Positions 11,597-22,390 of a stretch of 64,000 nt of DNA are shown piece by piece. Source of the stretch: Blepharisma stoltei ATCC 30299 (Eukaryota; Protista; Ciliophora); assembly GCA_965603825.1 (NCBI GenBank), contig CBFDEM010000063.1, forward strand, positions 434,001-498,000, in the 5' to 3' direction. Position numbers and translations under genes: made by a program. Numbering within the stretch: the stretch's first letter is position 1; every line of letters starts with the position of its first letter. The notes under the pieces are model-generated. The model was not told the DNA's origin. It searched no databases and saw only the letters and a program-made list of their open reading frames with translations.

Positions 11597-12622
11597 ATGG
11601 ATTCAGAATTATTTAAAGAGTTCGAAGCTGTGCTTCAAAATTCGGCTGAACTGCCTCCTTTAGCATTATATATTGCAGGGTCTGCAAGATATAAGACTTC
11701 TCTATCTCCTAAAGTGATTTTAAAGTTTCTTCAAGGTTTCTATCAAAAAATCAAGAATGGTCTCATCCCGAATGAAATGATTTTTAAAATTCAAGCGTGC
11801 ATATTTGATGGACAAATTGGTGAAGCCAAAGAGCTATTAAGCTCTCTACAAGACCAAAAGCCGCAAATAGAGCCAGAACCAATACCCCCGCAGCCGAAAT
11901 ACAATAAAGCAGCACATTTAAGACAACTAGAAGAAGAAGCTCTACAATTAATCGAAATCATGAAAAAAGAACCAGTATTTAATCAATCCCTCAAGCCAGT
12001 CCAGCCCAAACTCAAAGAGCAATCCTCATTAGTCTGCAATTTATGCAATAATGAGCTTCGCTATGAAAACTGTTCAGTTATGGAAAATTGCGCTCATATG
12101 TTTCACCCCAATTGCTTATTTGAATATATTTCTGCACAAATTTACGCCCAAGCTTCTGATATAAAATGTCCAGCTAAAAACTGTAAAGCTGAAATTCATA
12201 TAAAAGATTTAGAAGCAAGCTTAACCCCAGAACTATACAAAATATATCAAGAAAATTCATTAAATAATTTGCTTAGTAGTGGATTAGTTGGAGATATTAT
12301 AAAATGCCCTAATCAGAATTGTACTGAAAGATTCGCATTGTCTGATGATGCAGTTGTGATGTGTCCTGGGTGTCGAAATGAAATTTGTGGAAAATGTAAA
12401 AAATTGAAGCAGGCTTGCATGTGTTTAAATTTGCATTCACAGCATGGATATGTACCTGTGGCTACTTTTAAGAGGCAATGCCCATACTGTGAAACGTGGA
12501 GTGATAAGAATGGAGACAATAATTTTTCTAAATGCAGAAACTGTTCAAATGTGTTTTGTTTTGACTGCTTAAAAATACCAGGGGTGTGTAAGTGTCTTTT
12601 GCCTGCAAATATTTTGCATTAA
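11597..12622 (+). CDS. RING-IBR-RING (RBR)-architecture protein, probably catalytically inactive
   Basis: RING1 (CNLC...CAHMFHPNC...CPAKNC), IBR (CPNQNC...CPGC...CGKC) and RING2-like CPYC...DKNGDNNFSKCRNC...FCFDC. Confidence 0.85.
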   Translation: MDSELFKEFEAVLQNSAELPPLALYIAGSARYKTSLSPKVILKFLQGFYQKIKNGLIPNEMIFKIQACIFDGQIGEAKELLSSLQDQKPQIEPEPIPPQPKYNKAAHLRQLEEEALQLIEIMKKEPVFNQSLKPVQPKLKEQSSLVCNLCNNELRYENCSVMENCAHMFHPNCLFEYISAQIYAQASDIKCPAKNCKAEIHIKDLEASLTPELYKIYQENSLNNLLSSGLVGDIIKCPNQNCTERFALSDDAVVMCPGCRNEICGKCKKLKQACMCLNLHSQHGYVPVATFKRQCPYCETWSDKNGDNNFSKCRNCSNVFCFDCLKIPGVCKCLLPANILH

Positions 12623-12666
12623 AACTAAATAGATTTTTAGGAGATAATAATAAATATTTTAAATTG

Positions 12667-13344
12667 ATGAAGAAAAGAATTCAACGAAAAAAGCACATTT
12701 TGGAGTATAGTGAATTTGGCTTAGGAGATCTCTTAAATTCAAGCTCGATTTTTAAAACAGTCACTCCTGAATCTTTATCGAAATTCACTAATACAATGAA
12801 AGAAAATAATGATAGTCAAAAATTTGGAATTGAAAATCGGCAGAGAAGTGAATCTTTTTATGAACTAAATCAACAAAATATTGATAATTTTAAACAAAAA
12901 TCAACTGCGTTTTCCATAAGAAAAAAATTTTCCAATAAATCAAGCTTAAGGAAGAAAATAATTTCAATTGAGACTCCAAACGATTATTTTAAAGAAAATG
13001 AAAAAACGGTAAATACGTCTATACCAACAATTCGATATCAAGAATTCAGGCAAATTCATGAACGGCCAAAGACTTCAACGAAATTTAACAATGGAGCTGG
13101 AGAAACCAGCTTTAAAGAAGTTTTTCGATTATATAGACCTCAATTTATAAATTTATCAAAAAGGTCAAAACTTCGATTTTATTCTACTATTAATACTCAT
13201 GTGACTGATGTATTAAAAGCTCCAGCTGAAAAACCAATTTTAAGGATTCAGTCGACTCATAGGAAACAAAAGCCAAAGGCTAAAGGCTCAGTGTCACCTG
13301 AAGGAAGTATTTCATTTTCTGACGTTTATTGGAAGATTGGCTAA
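12667..13344 (+). CDS. Hypothetical basic low-complexity protein, ~225 aa
   Basis: First in-frame ATG at 12667, just after the RBR stop; open to TAA. No recognised domain. Confidence 0.6.
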   Translation: MKKRIQRKKHILEYSEFGLGDLLNSSSIFKTVTPESLSKFTNTMKENNDSQKFGIENRQRSESFYELNQQNIDNFKQKSTAFSIRKKFSNKSSLRKKIISIETPNDYFKENEKTVNTSIPTIRYQEFRQIHERPKTSTKFNNGAGETSFKEVFRLYRPQFINLSKRSKLRFYSTINTHVTDVLKAPAEKPILRIQSTHRKQKPKAKGSVSPEGSISFSDVYWKIG

Positions 13345-13638
13345 TTTTGATAAAACATTAAATTATAAGTTAATTTATTATTGGTTTTTTATTTCACAAT
13401 GTATTTCTGTGCATAAAAAATGACTTGAAGTATCTTTTTACATATTCTTAATAATTCATAGGCAAATTTTTGTTATGGTGAAGACAGAGTTTCGATTTAT
13501 AAGCAAAAAAAAGTAAAAAAAATTAAATATAAAATTCTCAAAATTTCTGCATAAATAACTTGGATTGATTATAAAGTTTTTATCATTTTCTATTTAATTT
13601 TGCTAGCTTTAAATCAATTCTAATTCGATAATACACGA

Positions 13639-13959
13639 CTAAAATTGGTATTTAGTCCCCGGTCCTGTTTCTTCCTCAATTATTTTTTCATTCTTTTTAT
13701 TCCTAAAACAGCGGCAAAGTCCACATGCAAATAATACAAATGGGCGATTGCTTGCTGCAGACTTTTGATTTTTCTTTTTATCTTCAGTATCAAAGGTGCT
13801 GTCTTTTTCAACAGGGGTTGATGGCTCTAAAAATAAAGTGTTATTCTTATGCTTCTTTTCTTGTGCAAGAATGGGGCTTCTTCTATTTCTCTGAAGATCT
13901 CTTGGATCTGGATGAATTACAATAACTGGAGGAGTTAAACCTCTATTCATATTTAACAT
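13639..13959 (-). CDS. Hypothetical small protein, 106 aa, with Cys cluster (ACGLCRCF)
   Basis: ATG-initiated ORF flanked by very AT-rich DNA, with coding-like composition. Confidence 0.55.
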   Translation of the reverse strand: MLNMNRGLTPPVIVIHPDPRDLQRNRRSPILAQEKKHKNNTLFLEPSTPVEKDSTFDTEDKKKNQKSAASNRPFVLFACGLCRCFRNKKNEKIIEEETGPGTKYQF

Positions 13960-14205
13960 CTAATATATTTTATTTAAGATAATTAATATGCGGTCCTTTA
14001 GCGTCTTTTTTTATAGATAGATTGCTTTTAAGATTGATTTTGTGAGAAAACAAAAAGAAGCATCTAGAAAAATTATTTAAAGAAAAAATACCTATTAAAT
14101 AAAATATTAGAAATTTAATAAATTTCAATAAACTGCAATAACTTTTTTAAATAAAGTTGCTTGTTATAATTATTAAAAGCTTAAACAATAATAAAATTAT
14201 TTTAG

Positions 14206-14737
14206 CGTTGCAGCACAAGACTCTTAATAAATATTTTGATAACCTGTGCGCGAACAACGAAATGTGAAACTAAACGACACTATCCAAGCTGTCATAACCG
14301 ACTACGTGAGTGTGATAATGGCAAAACGACTGAAGCAGATCCATGAGGCATTAATAAAAGCAGGTGCCGAGGATCTATGCTATCTATTAAGTGCTATACC
14401 AATAACCAAGTGTAACAAATTCGAGGAGTTAGTAGCAAACGAACTGGACGTGGAAGATGAAACGAGTGTAGCGTGAGAATTTATATATCTAAATGCAATG
14501 ATGAAGTCAGACGATCTCAAGCTTTTACAAACTAATAAAGAAATATACCGTGATATCCTTAATGGACGAATATGCGCTAAACCTAAAAATGAACGTGAAG
14601 AGAAAGATTTAGTGAAAGAAATACAGGAGACATTAATACATGAATGCAATGAGATAATTAGCGATATGCATATTGTAGAAATACCAATAGCTGGTGATAG
14701 TGAGCGGCAATGCTACAATTGCTGTATAATTATATAA
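14206..14737 (+). pseudogene. Compositionally atypical ORF or gene relic (frame open 14246-14737 with UGA-Trp; first ATG 14318); ends CCIII
   Basis: The two track ORFs join through TGA 14474. An upstream frame (ALQHKTLNKYFDNLCANNE) appears to join by a 1-nt frameshift. CpG-rich, with A-ending codons. Confidence 0.4.
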
Positions 14738-15068
14738 GTGCAACTTGCACAGTAAACTAAACTATAACTAATTTTAAATATGGAGATAAAATGAACTTAC
14801 AAAGTAACCTGCCACAGCTGTCAAAAGTTCTGAAGCCTTTATGGTAAGCGTTATTGCGAGTGATTAAAAGAGTAATTCTTAACGCAGACGCTTAGACAGA
14901 AACTATTTAAAAAATCTCACTTAGGACAAATGATATGATTAAAGATTAAACAGATTTTAAATATAAGGAAAATGATAGCAGCTGCTAATAAATAACAATT
15001 AGCAATGGCATCTGAAGCAGCTGGGTGTAAATTAAAAATCATGATTTCTTAAATTAAATTTCAAAAAT

Positions 15069-16154
15069 ATGAGCACAAAAAAGAGATCAAGAAGCTCTTC
15101 AGAGCACAAAATCGACTACATTAAAAAAAACAAAGAAGAAGCTTCCAAATCAAAAAAATCCAGTCATATAAGCACGCCAATACCTAAATTTAAATCAAAA
15201 TCTCAGCTTAGCTCTCCCAACTCACATTCTGGAGAATCTCGGTTCGAAAGCGATAAAAATCAGAATAATTCTCAGCATTCTGAGCAAGAGTCTGAAACAA
15301 AACCTAAAGAAAAATCAAGCATAAAACATAATTTAGCTGATATTCTGGAAGACACTAATTCTTATGACAGCTCAAGCCAAATATCAAGAAATTCTTTAGC
15401 AAAAAATTCGTTATCATTGGTAGCCCGCCAAAGTTCAGGATATGAAAATTCAGAAAAAGATGTTATAAATGTGAATGAGGGTTCTAAATTAGATTCAATA
15501 AACCAAGAAAATTTGGAAGATTTTAAAGAATATCTCCCTCCAACCCCTCCTAGCCATGAGCCCGGCTCTATCATTTATAATCCTACTGGAAGTCCTACAG
15601 AAGCAATAGAATCCAGCAAAAGCAGCCAAGAAAGTGAAGAAAATGATGCAAATATCACCCCACTGCAGAGTGAAGACCCTATATTTAGAAATGCTGATTA
15701 TTCAGGGATGAGTATCAACGAACAAATCAAGCGATCAGCTCGAAGAGTAAAAGTCCTTGAAAGCGGAGAAGAAGTCCAAGACACAACATGAACTGAAGTC
15801 AAGCTAAGACTAAGCTCAGCTCATAAGCTATTCCAAAAGCCAATTTCAAATAACGAAGATACTGATATGGTTCCTGAAGACAATGAAAGCCAATCGTCCT
15901 TAGAAGAAATAAACATTTCTAACTCTAGCAGTGTTTTTAATACAAAAAGTATACACCATATGGACGTAGACAAAGAAAATTTCACCCCAGAACATTTGAG
16001 ATCGGAAAGAACATCACAAAATTCCCAATTAAGAAGAAGTGCAAGATTAGCAGAAAAAAAATCTCGGTTTAGTCATGGAAAAAGGAAAAGAGACCAATTA
16101 GGAGGAGTTTTGTCAACTGATAGTGAAAATTCAGTTAAAAAGATTAAAAAATAA
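15069..16154 (+). CDS. Ser/Glu/Lys-rich disordered, probably nuclear protein, 361 aa
   Basis: Two track ORFs join in frame through TGA 15789. Basic clusters KKRSRS, LRRSARLAEKK and GKRKR. Confidence 0.75.
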
Positions 16155-16212
16155 TAATGTAATTCAAATTATATTTGCCGATTTTGCTACAAATTATTAT
16201 ATAACTGGGATA

Positions 16213-16800
16213 ATGGACGCTAAGGAGCTTACTTTTAAGGTAAAATATCCTCAATTAGAAGCACTTCCAGGAGAACTTAGTGTAGGGAGAAAAAGGTATT
16301 TTATTAATAAAAACACAAATTCCCCTGATTTTGTACTTGGCGCATCAAAATTGCCAAGTGTTAGAAAAGAATACAGATCTAAAAGCCCTATATTTGATCG
16401 TGGCGATTTTTTTTCTAATCCTGAAGGAAAATCTAGCCAGAATTCAAGCTTTGATAATAGTTTAAGCCAGACTCCGAATCTTTTTGAGCTTAAAATGATT
16501 GCAAGACCAGCAAAGATCGTTTCTGAAAAATCAATTAAAGAGATCCCAAAATCTAAATTTATTCCTACGGATAGAAATACTAATCCGTTTATATTAAAAT
16601 ACTTAAATCATCCTTTATTCCAACAACCTCGATATACAAGACAATCTCCCAAAATTGAAATTAATGATCCTATTACTGGGTATACCGGCAAAGCTCTTGA
16701 AACCAGATATTATAGTCCTACACCTGCGCTTAAACGAGGAATGGCTGAATATGGAAATATCTTGCTTTCTTCAAAGAAAGAGCCATACAGTAAATTTTAG
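16213..16800 (+). CDS. Hypothetical protein, ~195 aa
   Basis: First ATG at 16213; ends at TAG. No recognised domain. Confidence 0.65.
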   Translation: MDAKELTFKVKYPQLEALPGELSVGRKRYFINKNTNSPDFVLGASKLPSVRKEYRSKSPIFDRGDFFSNPEGKSSQNSSFDNSLSQTPNLFELKMIARPAKIVSEKSIKEIPKSKFIPTDRNTNPFILKYLNHPLFQQPRYTRQSPKIEINDPITGYTGKALETRYYSPTPALKRGMAEYGNILLSSKKEPYSKF

Positions 16801-17017
16801 GTTCTGTAAAATTTATTTAAATCTAATTTCACTTTATTATAAAAAATTTTTCTAATTAATAATTAATTTATAGTAAAATCCTCAATAGATCTCTCTTCAA
16901 TTTTAATTTTCTTATTTTTTTGATAAAAATAATATAGCTATTTCATTTTCTTTACTTCAAAAATGGAGTTGATTTAAATTTGTCATTATTCTTTTAATTA
17001 TTTTCATTAATCGACCC

Positions 17018-18589
17018 ATGAGACCAGCTACAGCAAATCCAGTCTCCCAGACTTTTCAGCATATAAAAACTCGGAGTTTTACCCCAAATTTTTCATTTTT
17101 TTCCACATCAAGAAAGCATGCTCGTAATGCTTCACAACTAGACAGTTATATAGCCCCTTTAGCAGGTGTTAGAAATTCTCAATTCCCTCCAAAAGAAGGT
17201 GAAAAAAGAGAAATTGGTGAGCATCTTGGAGCGCTTAAAAAAAGATTGAATTCTTATAAAGAGGATTTTGAAAAAACTGATAAAAAATTAGAAGCTTTAA
17301 ACTTACAATTTTCTCAATATAACGCAATTGAAGAAAGCTGCTTAGCCAGAATTTCTCGACAAGAAGGAAAAATTAAGAGTTTAACAGAAAAAACTGAGGA
17401 AACCAAAAACTTGCAAATTAATGAGGATTTCAATAGACAAGTAAATCTACATATTTTAGAAAGAATGAGGCAGACAAAAATTCATTTAGACTTCCAAAAG
17501 CAGTCCTTACTCGAACAGTTGAAATTGAAAAATTATTATTTAAAAGATGAGAAGAGAAAACAGTTAGTCAGCAGAGATGGAATGTATAAAGGAATTGTAG
17601 CCTATAAAAATCTGCGGCAAAATGTTTCTGATGAGCAAAAAGCTCATAATATGCAGCTAGAAATAGTAGAAAAGGACTATAAATTTACTATTGGAGCTAA
17701 TGATAGAAGAGAGGATAGAAAACATAGACAAGAAGAAATTTCAGAAGCAGCCGCAAATGAAGATAGAGATATGAGGTACAATAAAATGAGGGAAGCTTTA
17801 TTGCTGAATAAAACCTGATACAAACACTTAGGGAATACTTTAAAAGTCCAAACAGAAAGGTCTAAATCAATAGAAGAAGCTTTTCAAAAAATCAGAGCTG
17901 TGACTGGGCTTTATGATATTCAAGAAGTTGTGCAAAGATTTTTAACAAGAGAACAATCATATGCACAGCTATCCAGCATGGTCACAGAAAGCAAAGCTAT
18001 ATGTGATAACTATAAAAAGAAAAATACAGAATTAGTAAAAATTATTCATGAGTTTAAACTTGCAGATCAGGCTAATAAAAAGGTGAATAAAGAAAATTTG
18101 AAAAATCAAATCGCAAAATGTAGCGAAAATCTTGGAAAAGAAAAAGAAAAATTTTTTCGTTTGACGGAAACCAGGACGAATACGTTGTTATGGGGGAGAA
18201 AAATGCTAGGGAAATTTAATAAAAATTATAAGGATGAAGGCAGTGATAATGTCAAAGAAGTTATGATAAGTTTAGCAAAAGAGGTTAAATTGGCTGTAAG
18301 TAAGGCCAAAGAATTAAATTTGCCATTAAATATAGTGAAAAAAGAAAGCTTTACTGAAATCCAAGGGATTTTTAAAGGTTTTTCACAAGCTCAAAAAGAA
18401 AAAATGCTAAGAGTTGACCCTAAAGAAATCATTAAAAAAGAAGCATCAATTGAAGATTTATCTCCAGCAGTATTTACAGCTGAAATCACAGAAGAGCCTT
18501 CAGACAAAAAATATAAAATCAATCCTTACGCTCCAGAAAAAGAAATTAATAGCTCATTTAGACGCGTTAAATATGACAAACATAAGTAA
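17018..18589 (+). CDS. Coiled-coil protein resembling outer dynein arm docking complex subunits (ODAD1/ODAD3-like), 523 aa
   Basis: Joined through TGA 17816. Contains EEAFQKIRAVTGLYDIQEVVQRFLTRE, like the AF.KI..aTG..D..E.V..F motif of CCDC63/114/151. Confidence 0.7.
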
Positions 18590-18594
18590 ACTAT

Positions 18595-20127
18595 CTAATT
18601 TTCTATATCTTCTACTATTTTCAGCTTTTTGCATTCCCTTTCATCAGAGTTGTCACTTTTTCTCTTCAGCTCATTCTGATTTTCTCCGTTTTCCTTATGA
18701 TTCTCTTCATTCTCTACGATTTCTCCTACAATTTCATACAATTCTTGATTTTCATCATGACTTATTATCAATTTTATAGTAAAATCAGTGCTGAAATTGT
18801 CACAAGAAACTCTAACCCCATCAGCCAATTTTAGTTCATTTAGCGTCATTTTGTAGTTTTTCGCGTATCTTTCTTCGTCTTCTTCATCTAAACCTTCACC
18901 ACTTTCATATAAAATACTTCCGTTTTCCAGATTTAAGGTAGGGTTTTGCATGCTTAATTCATTTTTAAGTATTTTTGACACCAAATCTCCAAGAGTGAAC
19001 GTATTAAAATTAAGTTTCACCTTTACAGACCCAACAGAGCACGTATAGCATTTTGGCATCGGCGGTGGCATATTTCCTGAAACTATAATTTTTGAGTCAC
19101 TCGCATGCTCAGAAATCCAGACATTTTTTGGCTCATTTTTATTTCTCAATATCTTCAACGCCTCAATTACTTGCAGTCCAGCAGCCATAGCATTTGTGGT
19201 AGCCACAGCTGGGATAATATTCCCTGCAATTTCTTTTGTTTTAAACAAATTAAGCTGCTCAATTTTAAAATTCGCAGCCCTCAAATTGCTGGCAGCCCCT
19301 ACAAACTGTATAGCAAGCTGGTCATCTTTATCAAATGGCTTAGGCTCTCTTGATTTTAAGTTTTCTACAGCATATATAAAGCCTGCAGCATATTCTTGTA
19401 AACTCCCTATTTTGTCTTCATTAATCTGGCTTCCTACAATATTTTCTATAGAAATTTCAATTTTTTTAGCTTCTTCAGGCAGTTCTTCTTTAAAAAGTAA
19501 ATTAAAAAGCTCTTTTCCGAGGTCGCTGAACCCTTCCGCTTTTTTTTGTAAATCAGAAAGGATGTTGTCAGGGTCTCTGAGCCCAAATAAAGCTTCATAT
19601 AGATATTTAGCCCAGACTATACAGTGGATTGGCTTAGAAGGGGTTGACCTTATGGTGCAGACTGGGTAGGTTTTTGGGGTAGGTTTGGGCTCACATTCGT
19701 AACACGCTGTAATATGAGGAACATGCACAGTCACTTGGCCTAGTTTTCCTTGGGTTCCTGCATCAATCATAGGAATTTTGGTAGAAACGCATAGGCGATT
19801 TACATAGCGACGGGCTTCTAAGTTATCTAAAGCATTGAGGACTATTGCGAAATTTTGGAAAAAATCATTGCCATAATTGGTAATGTTAGCTTGGATTCCT
19901 GTCACATTTAAGCTTGGTCGAAGTTCTTTGAGCGTGGAAACTGCAACTTCGGCTTTAGGGCGACCTACATGTTCAGGTCTGAATAAGAATTGTCTGTTTA
20001 AGTTTGATTTATCGATTGTGTCGATGTCAATCACTGTAATATTGTCTATTCCGACCATGACAAGTGTCTTTAAAAGTTCACAGCCAATCCCTCCAGCTCC
20101 TACTACAAGGATTTTAGCGTGTTCCAT
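18595..20127 (-). CDS. UBA2: SUMO-activating enzyme subunit 2 (UBA2/SAE2)
   Basis: VVGAGGIGCELLK, DTIDKSNLNRQFLF, CYEC...PKTYPVCTIRSTPS..HCIVWAK (catalytic Cys) and IAGNIIPAVATTNA. Upstream in-frame ATGs (to 20178) are alternative starts. Confidence 0.93.
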   Translation of the reverse strand: MEHAKILVVGAGGIGCELLKTLVMVGIDNITVIDIDTIDKSNLNRQFLFRPEHVGRPKAEVAVSTLKELRPSLNVTGIQANITNYGNDFFQNFAIVLNALDNLEARRYVNRLCVSTKIPMIDAGTQGKLGQVTVHVPHITACYECEPKPTPKTYPVCTIRSTPSKPIHCIVWAKYLYEALFGLRDPDNILSDLQKKAEGFSDLGKELFNLLFKEELPEEAKKIEISIENIVGSQINEDKIGSLQEYAAGFIYAVENLKSREPKPFDKDDQLAIQFVGAASNLRAANFKIEQLNLFKTKEIAGNIIPAVATTNAMAAGLQVIEALKILRNKNEPKNVWISEHASDSKIIVSGNMPPPMPKCYTCSVGSVKVKLNFNTFTLGDLVSKILKNELSMQNPTLNLENGSILYESGEGLDEEDEERYAKNYKMTLNELKLADGVRVSCDNFSTDFTIKLIISHDENQELYEIVGEIVENEENHKENGENQNELKRKSDNSDERECKKLKIVEDIEN

Positions 20128-20376
20128 TTTAGAATTATAAGCTAAATTTATCATTTTATTTACAAATTTTTTATTCATTATGGAAGCGTTTTATTTCTAT
20201 AAAGCAAAACATTTGAGTTTTTAAAACAGTTTTTATATTTATTTAATCTCTTGTCCCTAGAAAATTATTTAAATAATTTTTTTTATCTGAACATCCGTAA
20301 ATTGCCAATCCCATATTTTTTACCAGCAGCGACTTCTATGCATTTTACATTCAAATTAGCATAACCGATAGTATAA

Positions 20377-21282
20377 ATGTCAAGATTATTGGCTAAAGAG
20401 CACATAGACTCTCAATACGTCTTTAATATGATTCAGTGCTACTCAGATAGATACTTAATCATAGACGTTAGGGACCAAAGCGACTTCAATAGCATGCATC
20501 TGGCTAGGTCTATCAATATTCCATATAGGTCCAGGTTTTCAGACTCACCAAACATAAATGAGCTGAAAGCCAACGTGATAGGAGATGCAAGCCTTTTTGA
20601 CCGTAGAAGACGATTTATGATATTTATTGTATATAGCCCACCTTCTATCGTATTTTCGAGAGAAGTCGATTATATACTAAAAAAAGACAAATGCCGAGAA
20701 GTTTACATTCTCAATGAGCCTTTTTCAAGCTTTGCTGAGAAATTCCCATTCATGTGTGAAGCTGTGAATATCCCATCAGTCATGCCAAGGCATGGGTACC
20801 CAAGTGAAATTATTTCCAATAAACTTTATTTAGGAGATTTTCACCACGCAGAAGAACCGCTTGTTCTTCAGAATTTAAAAATCACACACATTTTGAATGC
20901 GACGAATGGGTTTGATTATAAGTTTGAGTCCAGAGGAGTTGTTTATTTAAGATTAGGGGTAGAAGACTTAGAAACAGAAAACATAAGCCGACACTTTCAG
21001 ATGGCGTTCGAATTTATTGACCATGTGATGTCTAGTGACAAATTTCGAGTACTCGTACACTGTGCACAAGGTGTAAGCAGGTCAGCCACTTTTGTAATTA
21101 TGTATATCATGAAATCAATGGGGGTAAGCTATGAAGAGGCTTTTAGTTTTGTAAAAAGACATAGAGAAATCATAAAGCCGAATGAAGGGTTTGCCTGTCA
21201 GTTGAGATCATTTGCAGATGTGACTGAGGAAGCTGGATGTATGATAGTGAAAAATTGTCAAAAAGATGTCACTATAGATTAA
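20377..21282 (+). CDS. Dual-specificity phosphatase with N-terminal rhodanese-like domain (MKP-like)
   Basis: LIIDVR...F...HL..SINIP rhodanese segment; EII..LYLG and VHCAQGVSRSA catalytic loop; PNEGF. Confidence 0.92.
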   Translation: MSRLLAKEHIDSQYVFNMIQCYSDRYLIIDVRDQSDFNSMHLARSINIPYRSRFSDSPNINELKANVIGDASLFDRRRRFMIFIVYSPPSIVFSREVDYILKKDKCREVYILNEPFSSFAEKFPFMCEAVNIPSVMPRHGYPSEIISNKLYLGDFHHAEEPLVLQNLKITHILNATNGFDYKFESRGVVYLRLGVEDLETENISRHFQMAFEFIDHVMSSDKFRVLVHCAQGVSRSATFVIMYIMKSMGVSYEEAFSFVKRHREIIKPNEGFACQLRSFADVTEEAGCMIVKNCQKDVTID

Positions 21283-21547
21283 TTTTGTAATTAACTTTTG
21301 AGTTAAATATGAGGAAATATACAAGGTATCTCTTAGATTTTGATTGAATAAGATCTTTTATAAATAAAAATATAAAGTTATTTTCATATGACTTATAAAA
21401 GCTTATGTATGTTTAGAATCAATTATTTTTCATAGAGAATTTATTCAGAGTATATTAAAAATTATTTTAGTTTCCTCTTTACACTGACATTTTTATCTAG
21501 AATATCCTTATATAAAATTTCCATATTTATAATTTAATCGTGCTTAT

Positions 21548-22390
21548 TTAAGGACAAACAGCTGGTAAAATATCTCGAATCTCATTCGTTTCACCTTGAT
21601 TTAGTGTGAAATACGACAATATTGACTTTTTTAACAAATCGTCAATAAGATCCTCACCTTCTTCCACTGGCTGCTCAGGAAAATATGTATAATCTTTTCC
21701 AACCCCAAGTAGCTTTGCTCCTGCTTTCTCACCAGCGAAAAGTGAGAAATCAGTAGCCCGCTTCTTTAGAATCACTGGTCCAATGACTTCTTCATTGGAA
21801 TTGATCCATTCCAAGACCAAAATTTCTTCTGATCTATAAGTTTCTATAGTCTTTCTTGCCGCAGAATGACTTGAAAAATGAAGGATGGCACAATTTTCCT
21901 TAACTTCAATATTTTTGATTCTCGAGAAATTCAAAAATAGTGATTTAACGAAATCTGTGCCCAACGGAACCTTGGATCCTGAAATTTTTATATTTTTGTT
22001 TAAGGAGTTTCCGGTCGGGACAACTTGCTTTTTTAAGCTTTCCAGAAGGTTTTCGAACTTTGTTGCATCATTGGAGAAAAGATGCTGATATTTGAGCAAC
22101 AGCTCGCAGGCCTCTTGTGTCTTACCTTGCTGGTGCAAAACGCCGGCAAGGTCTTTGACTGAGCTTTCCACACGTTCGCCGTTGGAAATCGCAGCCTTAT
22201 AGTAGAATTCAGCCTTTTCGAGGTTTTTCTCAATGTACTCAGCCTTTTTTGCCCAGGAGTATGGAGATTCTTTGCGGGGGATTGGGTAGAGGGGATGCTT
22301 CCTTGGAGTCTTTATCGGGCAATTTACGGACTTCGGCTGCTGAGAAATTAAAGAAATTTCTGAAACTTGAAGGGAGCAAGTGGTTGCCAT
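21548..22390 (-). CDS. TPR protein resembling plant MS5/TDM1/SDI1, followed by an RRM-like segment
   Basis: SPYSWAKKAEYIEKNLEKAEFYYKAAISNGERVESSVKDLAGVLHQQG parallels the MS5/SDI1 N-terminal motif (SPY.RAKH.QL.EKD...A...FW.AI..GDRVDSALKDMA.VMKQ). Confidence 0.7.
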   Translation of the reverse strand: MATTCSLQVSEISLISQQPKSVNCPIKTPRKHPLYPIPRKESPYSWAKKAEYIEKNLEKAEFYYKAAISNGERVESSVKDLAGVLHQQGKTQEACELLLKYQHLFSNDATKFENLLESLKKQVVPTGNSLNKNIKISGSKVPLGTDFVKSLFLNFSRIKNIEVKENCAILHFSSHSAARKTIETYRSEEILVLEWINSNEEVIGPVILKKRATDFSLFAGEKAGAKLLGVGKDYTYFPEQPVEEGEDLIDDLLKKSILSYFTLNQGETNEIRDILPAVCP

